Source: a virus
Reading direction: 5' to 3' (one strand)
Length of the DNA: 64,000 bases
Virus record (IMG/VR): IMGVR_UViG_3300002835_000026
Shown here: piece by piece, positions 18,272 to 26,911 of the stretch
Numbering within the stretch: the first letter of the stretch is position 1
How the letters are laid out: the number at the start of each line of letters is the position of its first letter
The notes under the pieces: model-generated
Told to the model about the DNA's origin: nothing
Database searches by the model: none
Seen by the model: the letters and a program-made list of their open reading frames with translations, nothing else
Position numbers and translations under genes: made by a program

Positions 18272-18289
18272 TTTAATATTGTTTTATAT

Positions 18290-19312
18290 TTATACATCAT
18301 AAGACCAACCTAACTCTGTATTTTTTAAATTTGGATAATCTTTAAATATTGCTTTTTCTATTTTTCTTACTTGTTCACCATAAATATCTATATATTTTTG
18401 AATAAATGGAGTATTATCTAATTCTAATTGGTCTGGTTGTAAACTTTTAGGAAGAGAAGTAATTTTTGTATTAGTTAAATTAAGATAATCTGTTACATTA
18501 AAACCCTCAGGTAATGAAGTTATAGGAAGATTATATAAATCTAAATCACCTTTTATATTTAAATCTTTATCAGTTAATGATTTAAAATCATATAATAATT
18601 TATACTTAAATGGAGTATCATATTTAGGATATTTTTCTTTAATAAATTTAAATAATTCATAAATGTAAGATTCATTTCCTATAGGATTATCATCTTTATC
18701 CATAAACGCATCTTCTTCATAAGAAAATTGATATTTTTCTTTACTATTTGGCTTAATAAAAATAAATAAAGGACCTTTAGATATATAATTATCAAAATGT
18801 TCTCTTGTTTTACCTGTAGCTGTACACCATTCAGTCCCTGAACCTAACTCACATGATACTCCATATAAATCCTTTTTACCCTTTGGTAACATATAAACAT
18901 CAAATCCATTAGTAGAGCCAATATAAAATTCTTTATACTTATCTGATTTTACTACTCCTTTTTGTTGAGATGCATCTTTTGATTCCTTATCTAATATATC
19001 AACTGATGTTTTTATAAAATTAGATATATCTTGAGATGATTTATACTGATTAATATCAGCATATGGGTATTCTTTTTTACGCCTATCAAAAACCATAAAA
19101 TATTTTTTATATTTATATGCGTCTTCTAATTTAATAGTTTTATCTATTACTTTTTTAAGTAACCAAGTGATATAAGCTGATTTAGGTGTAGTATTAACTA
19201 TATCATCAAATGATTTCTGGTTAATTTTACCAGAATCTACAAATTGAGTTTTTAGCTGTTCTATTGAAGCTTCAGTTATTAATATTTGTAAAAGTGAAGA
19301 TAATTTTATCAT
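18290..19312 (-). CDS. Protein with GxGTxWC domain and C-terminal leucine-rich repeats
   Basis: ELGSGTEWCTA; LRR units GDLDLYNLPITSLPEGF and LNLTNTKITSLPKSL. Confidence 0.7.
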   Translation of the reverse strand: MIKLSSLLQILITEASIEQLKTQFVDSGKINQKSFDDIVNTTPKSAYITWLLKKVIDKTIKLEDAYKYKKYFMVFDRRKKEYPYADINQYKSSQDISNFIKTSVDILDKESKDASQQKGVVKSDKYKEFYIGSTNGFDVYMLPKGKKDLYGVSCELGSGTEWCTATGKTREHFDNYISKGPLFIFIKPNSKEKYQFSYEEDAFMDKDDNPIGNESYIYELFKFIKEKYPKYDTPFKYKLLYDFKSLTDKDLNIKGDLDLYNLPITSLPEGFNVTDYLNLTNTKITSLPKSLQPDQLELDNTPFIQKYIDIYGEQVRKIEKAIFKDYPNLKNTELGWSYDV

Positions 19313-19323
19313 GATAATAAATA

Positions 19324-19788
19324 TTACACTAAGTCTACTATTTTATGAATTTTAGTATTAAGTGTTTTTAGTTCATTATGCTGAGTTAATAAAATACTAT
19401 TTTTATAGTGTTGCCAATCAATTCTAAATGATGGGTCAACTACACCTCTATTTAATGATTTAATTAGTTCATTAAGAGCATTAATTGTATATAGTGTGTT
19501 TGATTCTTTTTTACGATGTACTAATATTGTATTTGTTGGTATCGTGTTCACGTTACCTTGATCAATATTGTAAGTAATAACATACTCACCTGTATTTTGA
19601 ACATGTAAAACAAAAATCTTGTTGTACATTATATCATATGTTTTAGAAACCTCATTTATTAGCCCGTCTAATCCCTCTAAAGCAATGAAGGTACATAGTA
19701 ACCTATTATTCACGTCGAATGTATTAAAAATGTGTTGGAAGTCATAATTTATCGAATTATACATATCGCTGTTTTTATTTAAAGTCAT
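19324..19788 (-). CDS. Hypothetical protein coupled to the PolA-like gene
   Basis: Overlaps the polymerase stop; NTILVHRKKESNTLYTINALN. Confidence 0.75.
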   Translation of the reverse strand: MTLNKNSDMYNSINYDFQHIFNTFDVNNRLLCTFIALEGLDGLINEVSKTYDIMYNKIFVLHVQNTGEYVITYNIDQGNVNTIPTNTILVHRKKESNTLYTINALNELIKSLNRGVVDPSFRIDWQHYKNSILLTQHNELKTLNTKIHKIVDLV

Positions 19789-21052
19789 AACTGTTACCTG
19801 TATTGGTTTTAATTTGTAATTTGTATTTTATAAAAATTTCACTAATTTTAGGTAAAATATCATCCTCACTTTTATCATAATCTAATAAAAATGAATCATA
19901 AGTGTAAAGTACAATTTTTGTATTTTTACCCCTTAATACCTTATGTATATCCATCAATATATTCATATTGTTAGATGTTTCCATATTTTGTAATATATAA
20001 TTAAACAACTTGTTTGGATTCATGTTATCCAGCTTACTTAACTCATATCTGTACTTAGATATAGGACAATCATAATATCCTCCATATTGCAACATATCCC
20101 AAGCCTTATCTATAAACATTTGAATTTTTTTAAAATACTCTAAGTGAGCATATTCCTTAAATACTCCTCCGTATAGTTGTTTAAATGTTAATTCCTTAGC
20201 TGTTTTATAATCTACACCATACATTTCTGCAAACGAGGCGTGTATGTCTTTGTCTCCAAAATCATATCCAATTAATTGAGCAGCAAGTGTTGGATGGTAA
20301 GCTGATATATCCATTTCTACAAATATATCATTACTTGGAACAAAACTTGATCGTGTTTCTTTTTTTAGTGCTGCAAAGTTAATACCATTATAGGAATTAG
20401 CGGGTCTGCGAGTTGTAGTATAGATATTATATTGCGTGAATATTTTATCATTGTCAATTGAATAGTAGTCATTATTTGTTTCATAGTATTTTTCAAATAT
20501 TGGTTTGTTAAATGTTATACCGTTTTTTTCAATCCCAAATAAAGCCAAAGTAACCCGGTTATTATAAAATTCGAACCACTCGGGCAAACGGTGTGGTATT
20601 AATGGTTTGATTTGGTTATACACGGTTTCACACAGTTCATAGTGTTTTGATACTGGTATTATACGATTAGTATCTTGTTTTTGTGGAAAACGTTGATAAA
20701 AATGTTGGTGTGTAAAAGTAGGTTGTATATCCGTAGGAGATATTAGTGATATATCGCAACATGCTTTTATCTGAAAGTAATATAAAAATTGTTTCTTATT
20801 GCGTACCCACAATTCTGGAATATCTTTTAAAACACTTTCGACATGATTTTTACTTATGTATAATGTTTCACTGTGGTTAACACATATTAGATATCCTTTA
20901 GTGTCATCAAGTGGCCTAATATAGACTAATGATACTTTATTTAAGGCAGGATGGATATTAGAATTGAATGGAATTACCTCAACAAATGCTTTTTGTGTCT
21001 TAAGATTGTATAAGACTTTTAGTTGATTTAATGTTTCAATAATATAATACAT
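19775..21052 (-). CDS. Short, divergent family A DNA polymerase
   Basis: TTRRPAN...INFAAL (cf. TGRLSS..PNLQN); motif A FVEMDISAYHPTL; motif B AKELTFKQLYGG; motif C YTYDSFLLD. Confidence 0.8.
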   Translation of the reverse strand: MYYIIETLNQLKVLYNLKTQKAFVEVIPFNSNIHPALNKVSLVYIRPLDDTKGYLICVNHSETLYISKNHVESVLKDIPELWVRNKKQFLYYFQIKACCDISLISPTDIQPTFTHQHFYQRFPQKQDTNRIIPVSKHYELCETVYNQIKPLIPHRLPEWFEFYNNRVTLALFGIEKNGITFNKPIFEKYYETNNDYYSIDNDKIFTQYNIYTTTRRPANSYNGINFAALKKETRSSFVPSNDIFVEMDISAYHPTLAAQLIGYDFGDKDIHASFAEMYGVDYKTAKELTFKQLYGGVFKEYAHLEYFKKIQMFIDKAWDMLQYGGYYDCPISKYRYELSKLDNMNPNKLFNYILQNMETSNNMNILMDIHKVLRGKNTKIVLYTYDSFLLDYDKSEDDILPKISEIFIKYKLQIKTNTGNSYDFK

Positions 21053-21067
21053 AACCTATTTTAGGCT

Positions 21068-21099
21068 ATAATATACTAAACAAAAATTAGATTGCCAAA
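21068..21099 (-). promoter_or_regulatory. Bacteroidota-type promoter
   Basis: TTTG-20 nt-TATATTAT upstream of the PolA-like gene. Confidence 0.65.
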
Positions 21100-21100
21100 T

Positions 21101-21694
21101 TTAAACGTAATACTTTGTAAAGTCGAACTTTAAGTAAGCGTCAAATTGAGGTAATAATAAATTTTTCATAGTTAATAAAACTATGTTACGATTTACTGTT
21201 GCAACTTGTTCTTCAATACCTGTTAAGTTCCAAGGAAGGAAAAACGGTAAATAATATTGCCAAAGTATAGTTGGTGCTTGAGATGATAATTTATCAAATG
21301 TGTTTTGATCTATTTCTAAATAGATAATTTCATTTGTTTTTTTACAAAAATAACGTCTGTATTCTCCTATTTGATAATCTTGTTGTGTTGGAATGTTAGG
21401 ATTATAAACAGGGTTAAATACTTGATTAGTACCAATAGGTTTTATACTATTATAAATTGGACTACGTAATGTTGTTACTTCTGGTAATATTGTTTGAGTA
21501 TTATCAGTAGTAAATGATGCATTATAAGGAATTATTTCTATTACTGGGTTATCATTTTGATTACGTCCTGTAAAATATTGTCCTGTAGAGGTTTTAAAAT
21601 AATAACCAGTATAAGGAGTCCCAGTGGATTTGATTTGAAATTCTCCTCCATTAGCATATAAATTAGGTGTTATTTGAGATAAGGGATAATACAT
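21101..21694 (-). CDS. Putative baseplate/tail protein
   Basis: Last gene of the tail operon (TAATG overlap); Tyr/Gly/Thr-rich. Confidence 0.55.
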   Translation of the reverse strand: MYYPLSQITPNLYANGGEFQIKSTGTPYTGYYFKTSTGQYFTGRNQNDNPVIEIIPYNASFTTDNTQTILPEVTTLRSPIYNSIKPIGTNQVFNPVYNPNIPTQQDYQIGEYRRYFCKKTNEIIYLEIDQNTFDKLSSQAPTILWQYYLPFFLPWNLTGIEEQVATVNRNIVLLTMKNLLLPQFDAYLKFDFTKYYV

Positions 21695-24501
21695 TAGTTA
21701 TAAACTCCTTCTCCTATTTTTAGGTAAATATCTAAAGCATAACCAATTCGTTGAGCTAGTCCTTGAACGTTAGATCGTTCATATTTTGCTTCAACTACTT
21801 TTGCTGCTTGTACAACACCTGGGATACCAGTAGTTGTTACTTTTTTAAGTTCTCTTTTAGCTGCTCCTTCTACACCATTTAATTCATAAAGAACAAAGTA
21901 TAATTGAGTATTTAATCTTGTATAATCTTTTCCATTAATAGAAAGTGGTACTAATTCAAAATTTTCTAATTGTTCTTTTCTATATCCTAACCATTGAGCT
22001 ATACCAAGTGTATCTCCACCTCTAGTAGCTAATGGTTTCATTCCTGATTCTAATATAAAATTACCTATTAAACCTGCTATTTGTTCATTTGTATAACCGG
22101 CTATTCTAAAAACTTGATATGCTCGTTTAATAGCTACTTGATCAAAATCTTGTGTTTCTAAAATTATAGGAATTCCTCCAGCATTAAATGGTAATGGTTT
22201 ATTTGTTATTTTAGGTAATGATAAAGATTCAATAGTTGTTTTCCATTTATTATTTTGAATAGTATGATTTATTCCTTTAATAAGGAATGTCATTTCTCTA
22301 TCATAATTTGAAGGTAAATATTTAGTATCAACTGTAAATTCTTGATAAATTTTCATACCAGACATACCAGTCATTTCTAATGATACATTAATAGGGATAA
22401 ATCCTGTTGATGTTGAAGCCGAACTTGTAAATTCAGCCATTACATTTTGTTGGTAATTTATAAATGAGTTTAATGTTGATTGATAAGTGCTAAAATTATC
22501 TTCATTCCATTGTGGTGGATTATTATTATCCGCCATATTCATACTTTGTACAAATTCAACATATCTTTGAGATGCAAGTTTATATTGATCAAGAAATGAA
22601 GAAGTAGCAGTTGTAGGTACAATTTTAGGATCTTCATATTTTTCAATATAACTACTAGTTAAACCAGAGTTTATTCTAGATAAAGCGGTAGCATCTTCTC
22701 CTACTACTTTAGCTCTTGCTGCTGCTCCAATAGTAATCATACTAGCAAACTGAGGTGTTAATTCAGTTTTCATTGTCATATCTGTTATAAAACCTGCTGA
22801 ACCTGATCCATTTGGATTATATCCATATATTTCAAATTTACCAGGAGTTGTACTAGTTTGAGTTTTATAACGTTCATTAAATTTATCTATAACTGAGTTC
22901 TTTTTATATAATAAATTTTGATCTATAAATTTAATAACATTTGTTTCTTCATCTATAATAGGAACTATATTATTAATACCACCTAAACTATCACTAATAG
23001 TTTTACCTAATGCTTGTAAGAAATCAATTAATAATACTTTAGATCCTGGAGTTATTCGTAATTCATCTAATTTAGTTTCTATAAATGTATAATTTAAGTA
23101 AACATTCATAAGTTTACCATATTCACTAACACCATCAATAGATTCTATAAAATCAGCACATTTTTCATCTAATACTTGAACATCTAAATCAGGTATTTCT
23201 TTTTTAATTAGTACATATTTAGGATTTGTACTTATTTGATAATCTAAATAATTTATTAAATTAGAATCAACATCATAATCAATTTTAATTGCTTTAATAT
23301 CATTAATAGTAGGTATAACATCTCCTTGTATTATTCTTAAAAGTGCTCCAAAACGAACATAATAATTAGGTGTACTGTCTTTCCAATTAACTTTAACTAT
23401 ATCTCGTAATTTATTATCACTTAAATAAGTAGGAATACTATAAACATTATCTGTGTTACGTTGAATATCTTTAGTTACTCTATTATTTAATTCATTTTTT
23501 AATGAATATAATCTAAAATTAATATTACTTTTAAAAGCTTCAGGCTGTAATGTATTTGCTTCAATATTTTCACCTACTATAGCTTCTCCTGCCGCGTATT
23601 CAATAGCAAGTAATCCAGGATTAGTTATAGCTTTTATATTTCTAAATAAACCATCTATAAATGTACTTGTTTCTTTTTTATAAGCTTCAACAGCTGAGTC
23701 AGTAGGTACTGTTGCGTCAGTATCAGAAGTAAAAACATTCACTTTAAGTGATTCTATAATATCACCCACACTTCTAATTGTTATGACTATATCATAACTT
23801 CCGTCATTATTAAAATTCCAACTAAAATTAACTACTTTACCAAATAAAGCATCATAATTACCAAAACCTTCAAGACGTTTTTTTACTATTAAAGATAACA
23901 TACTATCTATGCTATTTTTTTTATTAAAAAACTCACTTTCTAAAGATATTGGATCTTTTATTACATCTCCTTTATTATTAGCATAAAATGTATGACCCCA
24001 CTCTAATAAAACATAAAATCCTAAACGTAAATATAAAGTTTCAATTATTTCAAATTGAGCTCTATCCCAACATTTAATATTAACCGTAGCTGTTTTTAAT
24101 GAACCTATGTTTTCAGTTTTAATATTAGCAGTTGTTATACCAGGCATTGGTCTTAAACCAAACTCTCCTGCTCCCCAACCATAAGCATAATTATTAAACA
24201 CAGTAGGTTTACCTGTTGGAATACCACTTTTTAATCCTTTAACACCACCAAATAATATTGCTTTTTTTGCTAAATTTTGTCCAGTTTCATTTAAAGTAGC
24301 TACAAATGGACTATTTAATTTTTTTGGATCCGCTATTTCAACAGATGACATTAATTGTACAAATGATGTATCAGAAGTAGCGTAGGTTATAAGTTCAGGA
24401 GTTCTTGGATTGTTAGAATTGTATCCAGCCGCGTAAAGTTTTTGGCGGACACCTATTTGATCTAATATAACTTGATTAAAACCTTCACCTAATATATCCA
24501 T
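21694..24501 (-). CDS. Baseplate hub-like protein with C-terminal phage tail lysozyme domain
   Basis: Located after the tape measure and LysM genes. C-terminus AGLIGNFILESG...GIAQWLGYR...QLYFVLYEL...YER is the Phage_lysozyme2 pattern. Confidence 0.75.
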   Translation of the reverse strand: MDILGEGFNQVILDQIGVRQKLYAAGYNSNNPRTPELITYATSDTSFVQLMSSVEIADPKKLNSPFVATLNETGQNLAKKAILFGGVKGLKSGIPTGKPTVFNNYAYGWGAGEFGLRPMPGITTANIKTENIGSLKTATVNIKCWDRAQFEIIETLYLRLGFYVLLEWGHTFYANNKGDVIKDPISLESEFFNKKNSIDSMLSLIVKKRLEGFGNYDALFGKVVNFSWNFNNDGSYDIVITIRSVGDIIESLKVNVFTSDTDATVPTDSAVEAYKKETSTFIDGLFRNIKAITNPGLLAIEYAAGEAIVGENIEANTLQPEAFKSNINFRLYSLKNELNNRVTKDIQRNTDNVYSIPTYLSDNKLRDIVKVNWKDSTPNYYVRFGALLRIIQGDVIPTINDIKAIKIDYDVDSNLINYLDYQISTNPKYVLIKKEIPDLDVQVLDEKCADFIESIDGVSEYGKLMNVYLNYTFIETKLDELRITPGSKVLLIDFLQALGKTISDSLGGINNIVPIIDEETNVIKFIDQNLLYKKNSVIDKFNERYKTQTSTTPGKFEIYGYNPNGSGSAGFITDMTMKTELTPQFASMITIGAAARAKVVGEDATALSRINSGLTSSYIEKYEDPKIVPTTATSSFLDQYKLASQRYVEFVQSMNMADNNNPPQWNEDNFSTYQSTLNSFINYQQNVMAEFTSSASTSTGFIPINVSLEMTGMSGMKIYQEFTVDTKYLPSNYDREMTFLIKGINHTIQNNKWKTTIESLSLPKITNKPLPFNAGGIPIILETQDFDQVAIKRAYQVFRIAGYTNEQIAGLIGNFILESGMKPLATRGGDTLGIAQWLGYRKEQLENFELVPLSINGKDYTRLNTQLYFVLYELNGVEGAAKRELKKVTTTGIPGVVQAAKVVEAKYERSNVQGLAQRIGYALDIYLKIGEGVYN

Positions 24502-24502
24502 A

Positions 24503-24799
24503 TTAACTATTTATAACGTTGTACGCATCAACTACACTTGATGGGTTTGCTGGTATTCTTAATTGTATTCCTGATGGTATTAATAAACTACCTAAAGTAA
24601 CTTGTGGGTTACCAATTGCTATTATCCACCATAAAGAACTATCTTGATAAAAATCTTGTGCTAATACATCAAAACGATCTCCTTGCTGAGTATAAACATA
24701 TATATCATCAGCTGATAAAGGAATTTCTGGGTAGCGTACTGTTACATATACTACTTTTCCATTAATTTTTGTTTGAGGTATTCTAGCGTATCTATTCAT
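24503..24799 (-). CDS. LysM-like baseplate protein (gp53/gpX-like)
   Basis: GDRFDVLAQDFYQDSSLWWIIAIGN...GIQLRIP. Confidence 0.85.
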   Translation of the reverse strand: MNRYARIPQTKINGKVVYVTVRYPEIPLSADDIYVYTQQGDRFDVLAQDFYQDSSLWWIIAIGNPQVTLGSLLIPSGIQLRIPANPSSVVDAYNVINS

Positions 24800-24800
24800 T

Positions 24801-26606
24801 TTATAATCCTTGTAATTCTGTTAAATCATCTTCCTCACCAGGATCTCCTAGTAAAGGAGCAGAATCATAATTATTATTATCTCCAGTTGACAAAGCTATA
24901 AATCTTTGATCACCAAATGTTGTAACATTATTAGCGTAATAATTTACACCTTTAATAGTATTTAATAATTCACCTGGATTTCCTTTAATTCCATAATCAT
25001 TATCTTGTTTTTGTGGAGCAAAAGTATGTATTGGAGTGAAGTTAAATCCTGATACTCTAATCATATGGGGTAATTCTTTAACAGATGGATCACTTCCTCC
25101 AAAATCATTAATTCCTATTTCCCAAGGTGATTCTGACGGTACATCATAAGTTAAACTGGTTATAAAACCTGGTTGAGAATATAAATATCCTCCTACAGTA
25201 AGCCTAACTAAAGTACCAGACATGTATCCTTTTTCATTATATGTAGGGGCTAAAGATGAAGCTAAATAATTTAATTTTTGATACATTGGAATAAGTTCAT
25301 CTTTTGATTGAGCAGCTACAGTCCAAGACATATTTATTGTTCTATCAAAATTATTATACGTGTAAAATTTTTCACCTCTACCTATGTATTGAGTATCAGA
25401 CCAATTAGCTGTATAATTATCTGAAAATGAATCTATAAATGCTCTAAAATGTATAAATGTACCAAATGCTGGCGCATTATTATCTATAACTTCAATTCTA
25501 AATTTACATAAATCATTAGTTCCAGCAGGATCTACAAATTGAGAACGATATAATGGTTTAGCATTGATTTTATCTAAAGCACCTAATTTATTTTGAGTTA
25601 TAGGATCAAGAGCTCCAGCAGTATATGAAATAATATTTTTATCTCGTCTTCCTGGATTACCTAAAAATACTCTATTTTCTATACTTTCATCAGTATAATC
25701 AGGAGATATAGATAATATATTTGAGTTTTTAATTCCTTTTCTTAAGTGTTTTCTAAAATCAACTAATCTAGTGACTGTTTTAGTTTGGTATGTTTGTTGT
25801 GATTCAAGTGCTAATGCTGGATCAGCAACTATAACTTTAGGGCCCCCACCAGGTAATATACCATAAAATTGATTACGATTATCAATATATAAAGGATTAT
25901 TAATACCTGTTCTAAATCTACCAGCTGATGCAAACTTTATAGATGTAGATCCTATACCTAAAGTAGATCCAGGTCCTCCTCTATAATTTAATATTTCTGT
26001 TCCAAAGGGTGATATTCCGGTTGATGGATTAACAGAAATTGAATTTGTTATTTTTGAATCTTTTAATAAAATTAATCTATTTGTACTTTTTGCTGTAATT
26101 CCTATTATAACTTCATTATCATTATATTGAGGAGAAAAATAACCATCGGGCAATAAACCTTGTTTATTAAAATGAGCACCAGCTACTGATAGTCCTACCT
26201 GTGCTAATGTATTAGTAGGCAAATATGGACCATTATTTGGTTGTATTTGAGGAGTAGGAATATTTGATGCTTGTGTTCTAACATTTGTTTGAGATAAAAC
26301 ATTTTGTTTAGCTATAAAAAGTAAACCTGGTGTAGTTGTAAAAAATTTAGCTAAACGTTCTACATCTGTTGCAGAACGAGCTATAACTAAACCATTAGTA
26401 TTAAAAGTAGCTGAGGCTCCTGGGATTGGAGTAACTATAAATGGTTGTCTACTTGCTCCACCACCAGGAGAATCTTTACCGTATTTAAGAGTTAGCAGAG
26501 GCTCTACCCCATTTACACCACCTGTATAAACGTTTGGTGTAGGATAACCTGCCCCTCCGTAGAATTTAAATCTCTCAGGGTTAATAAAGATATCTTTTAA
26601 GCCCAT
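24801..26606 (-). CDS. Baseplate / tail tube initiator-like protein
   Basis: FRAFIDSFSDNYTANWS...GRGEKFYTYNNFDRTI...GFITSLTY...PWE segment; lies between tape measure and LysM. Confidence 0.65.
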   Translation of the reverse strand: MGLKDIFINPERFKFYGGAGYPTPNVYTGGVNGVEPLLTLKYGKDSPGGGASRQPFIVTPIPGASATFNTNGLVIARSATDVERLAKFFTTTPGLLFIAKQNVLSQTNVRTQASNIPTPQIQPNNGPYLPTNTLAQVGLSVAGAHFNKQGLLPDGYFSPQYNDNEVIIGITAKSTNRLILLKDSKITNSISVNPSTGISPFGTEILNYRGGPGSTLGIGSTSIKFASAGRFRTGINNPLYIDNRNQFYGILPGGGPKVIVADPALALESQQTYQTKTVTRLVDFRKHLRKGIKNSNILSISPDYTDESIENRVFLGNPGRRDKNIISYTAGALDPITQNKLGALDKINAKPLYRSQFVDPAGTNDLCKFRIEVIDNNAPAFGTFIHFRAFIDSFSDNYTANWSDTQYIGRGEKFYTYNNFDRTINMSWTVAAQSKDELIPMYQKLNYLASSLAPTYNEKGYMSGTLVRLTVGGYLYSQPGFITSLTYDVPSESPWEIGINDFGGSDPSVKELPHMIRVSGFNFTPIHTFAPQKQDNDYGIKGNPGELLNTIKGVNYYANNVTTFGDQRFIALSTGDNNNYDSAPLLGDPGEEDDLTELQGL

Positions 26607-26875
26607 TACGCTGGTTTAACGTCTACGTATTTTTGTGCTGGAGTTTTGATGTCAAGGTTTGATGGTTGAGGTAATGTATTTAATACTCCGTCATCGTACT
26701 TATTGTAATCACGTGTTACAGTTGAGTTAAAAGCACCATTTAATGAGTAGCCTGGAGCTTCTCCAAATGCATGCATTTTTGATTCTTTAGTTGCTAATGG
26801 ATTAACAGGTGGTGTATTACCTCCATATTTACTTTGGTTTGAACCTTGTTTTCTTAATCTATCTAATAAGCTCAT
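26606..26875 (-). CDS. Small tail protein
   Basis: 89-aa ORF with its own late motif and a TAATG overlap. Confidence 0.65.
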   Translation of the reverse strand: MSLLDRLRKQGSNQSKYGGNTPPVNPLATKESKMHAFGEAPGYSLNGAFNSTVTRDYNKYDDGVLNTLPQPSNLDIKTPAQKYVDVKPA

Positions 26876-26898
26876 AGTTTTATGTTTTTAATTTTGTT

Positions 26899-26906
26899 AT
26901 AAATAT
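26899..26906 (-). promoter_or_regulatory. Representative putative late-promoter motif ATATTTAT
   Basis: The same octamer sits just upstream of many genes: 586, 12619, 19317, 26899, 29242, 30304, 30895, 32948, 34185, 57710. Confidence 0.65.
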
Positions 26907-26911
26907 TAATA

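Noticed and set aside
19658-19672. 15-nt ATTAGCCCGTCTAAT inverted-repeat match also found near 58487
   Set aside because: Only two copies, one inside a CDS. Matches of this length are expected by chance in 64 kb of AT-rich DNA.
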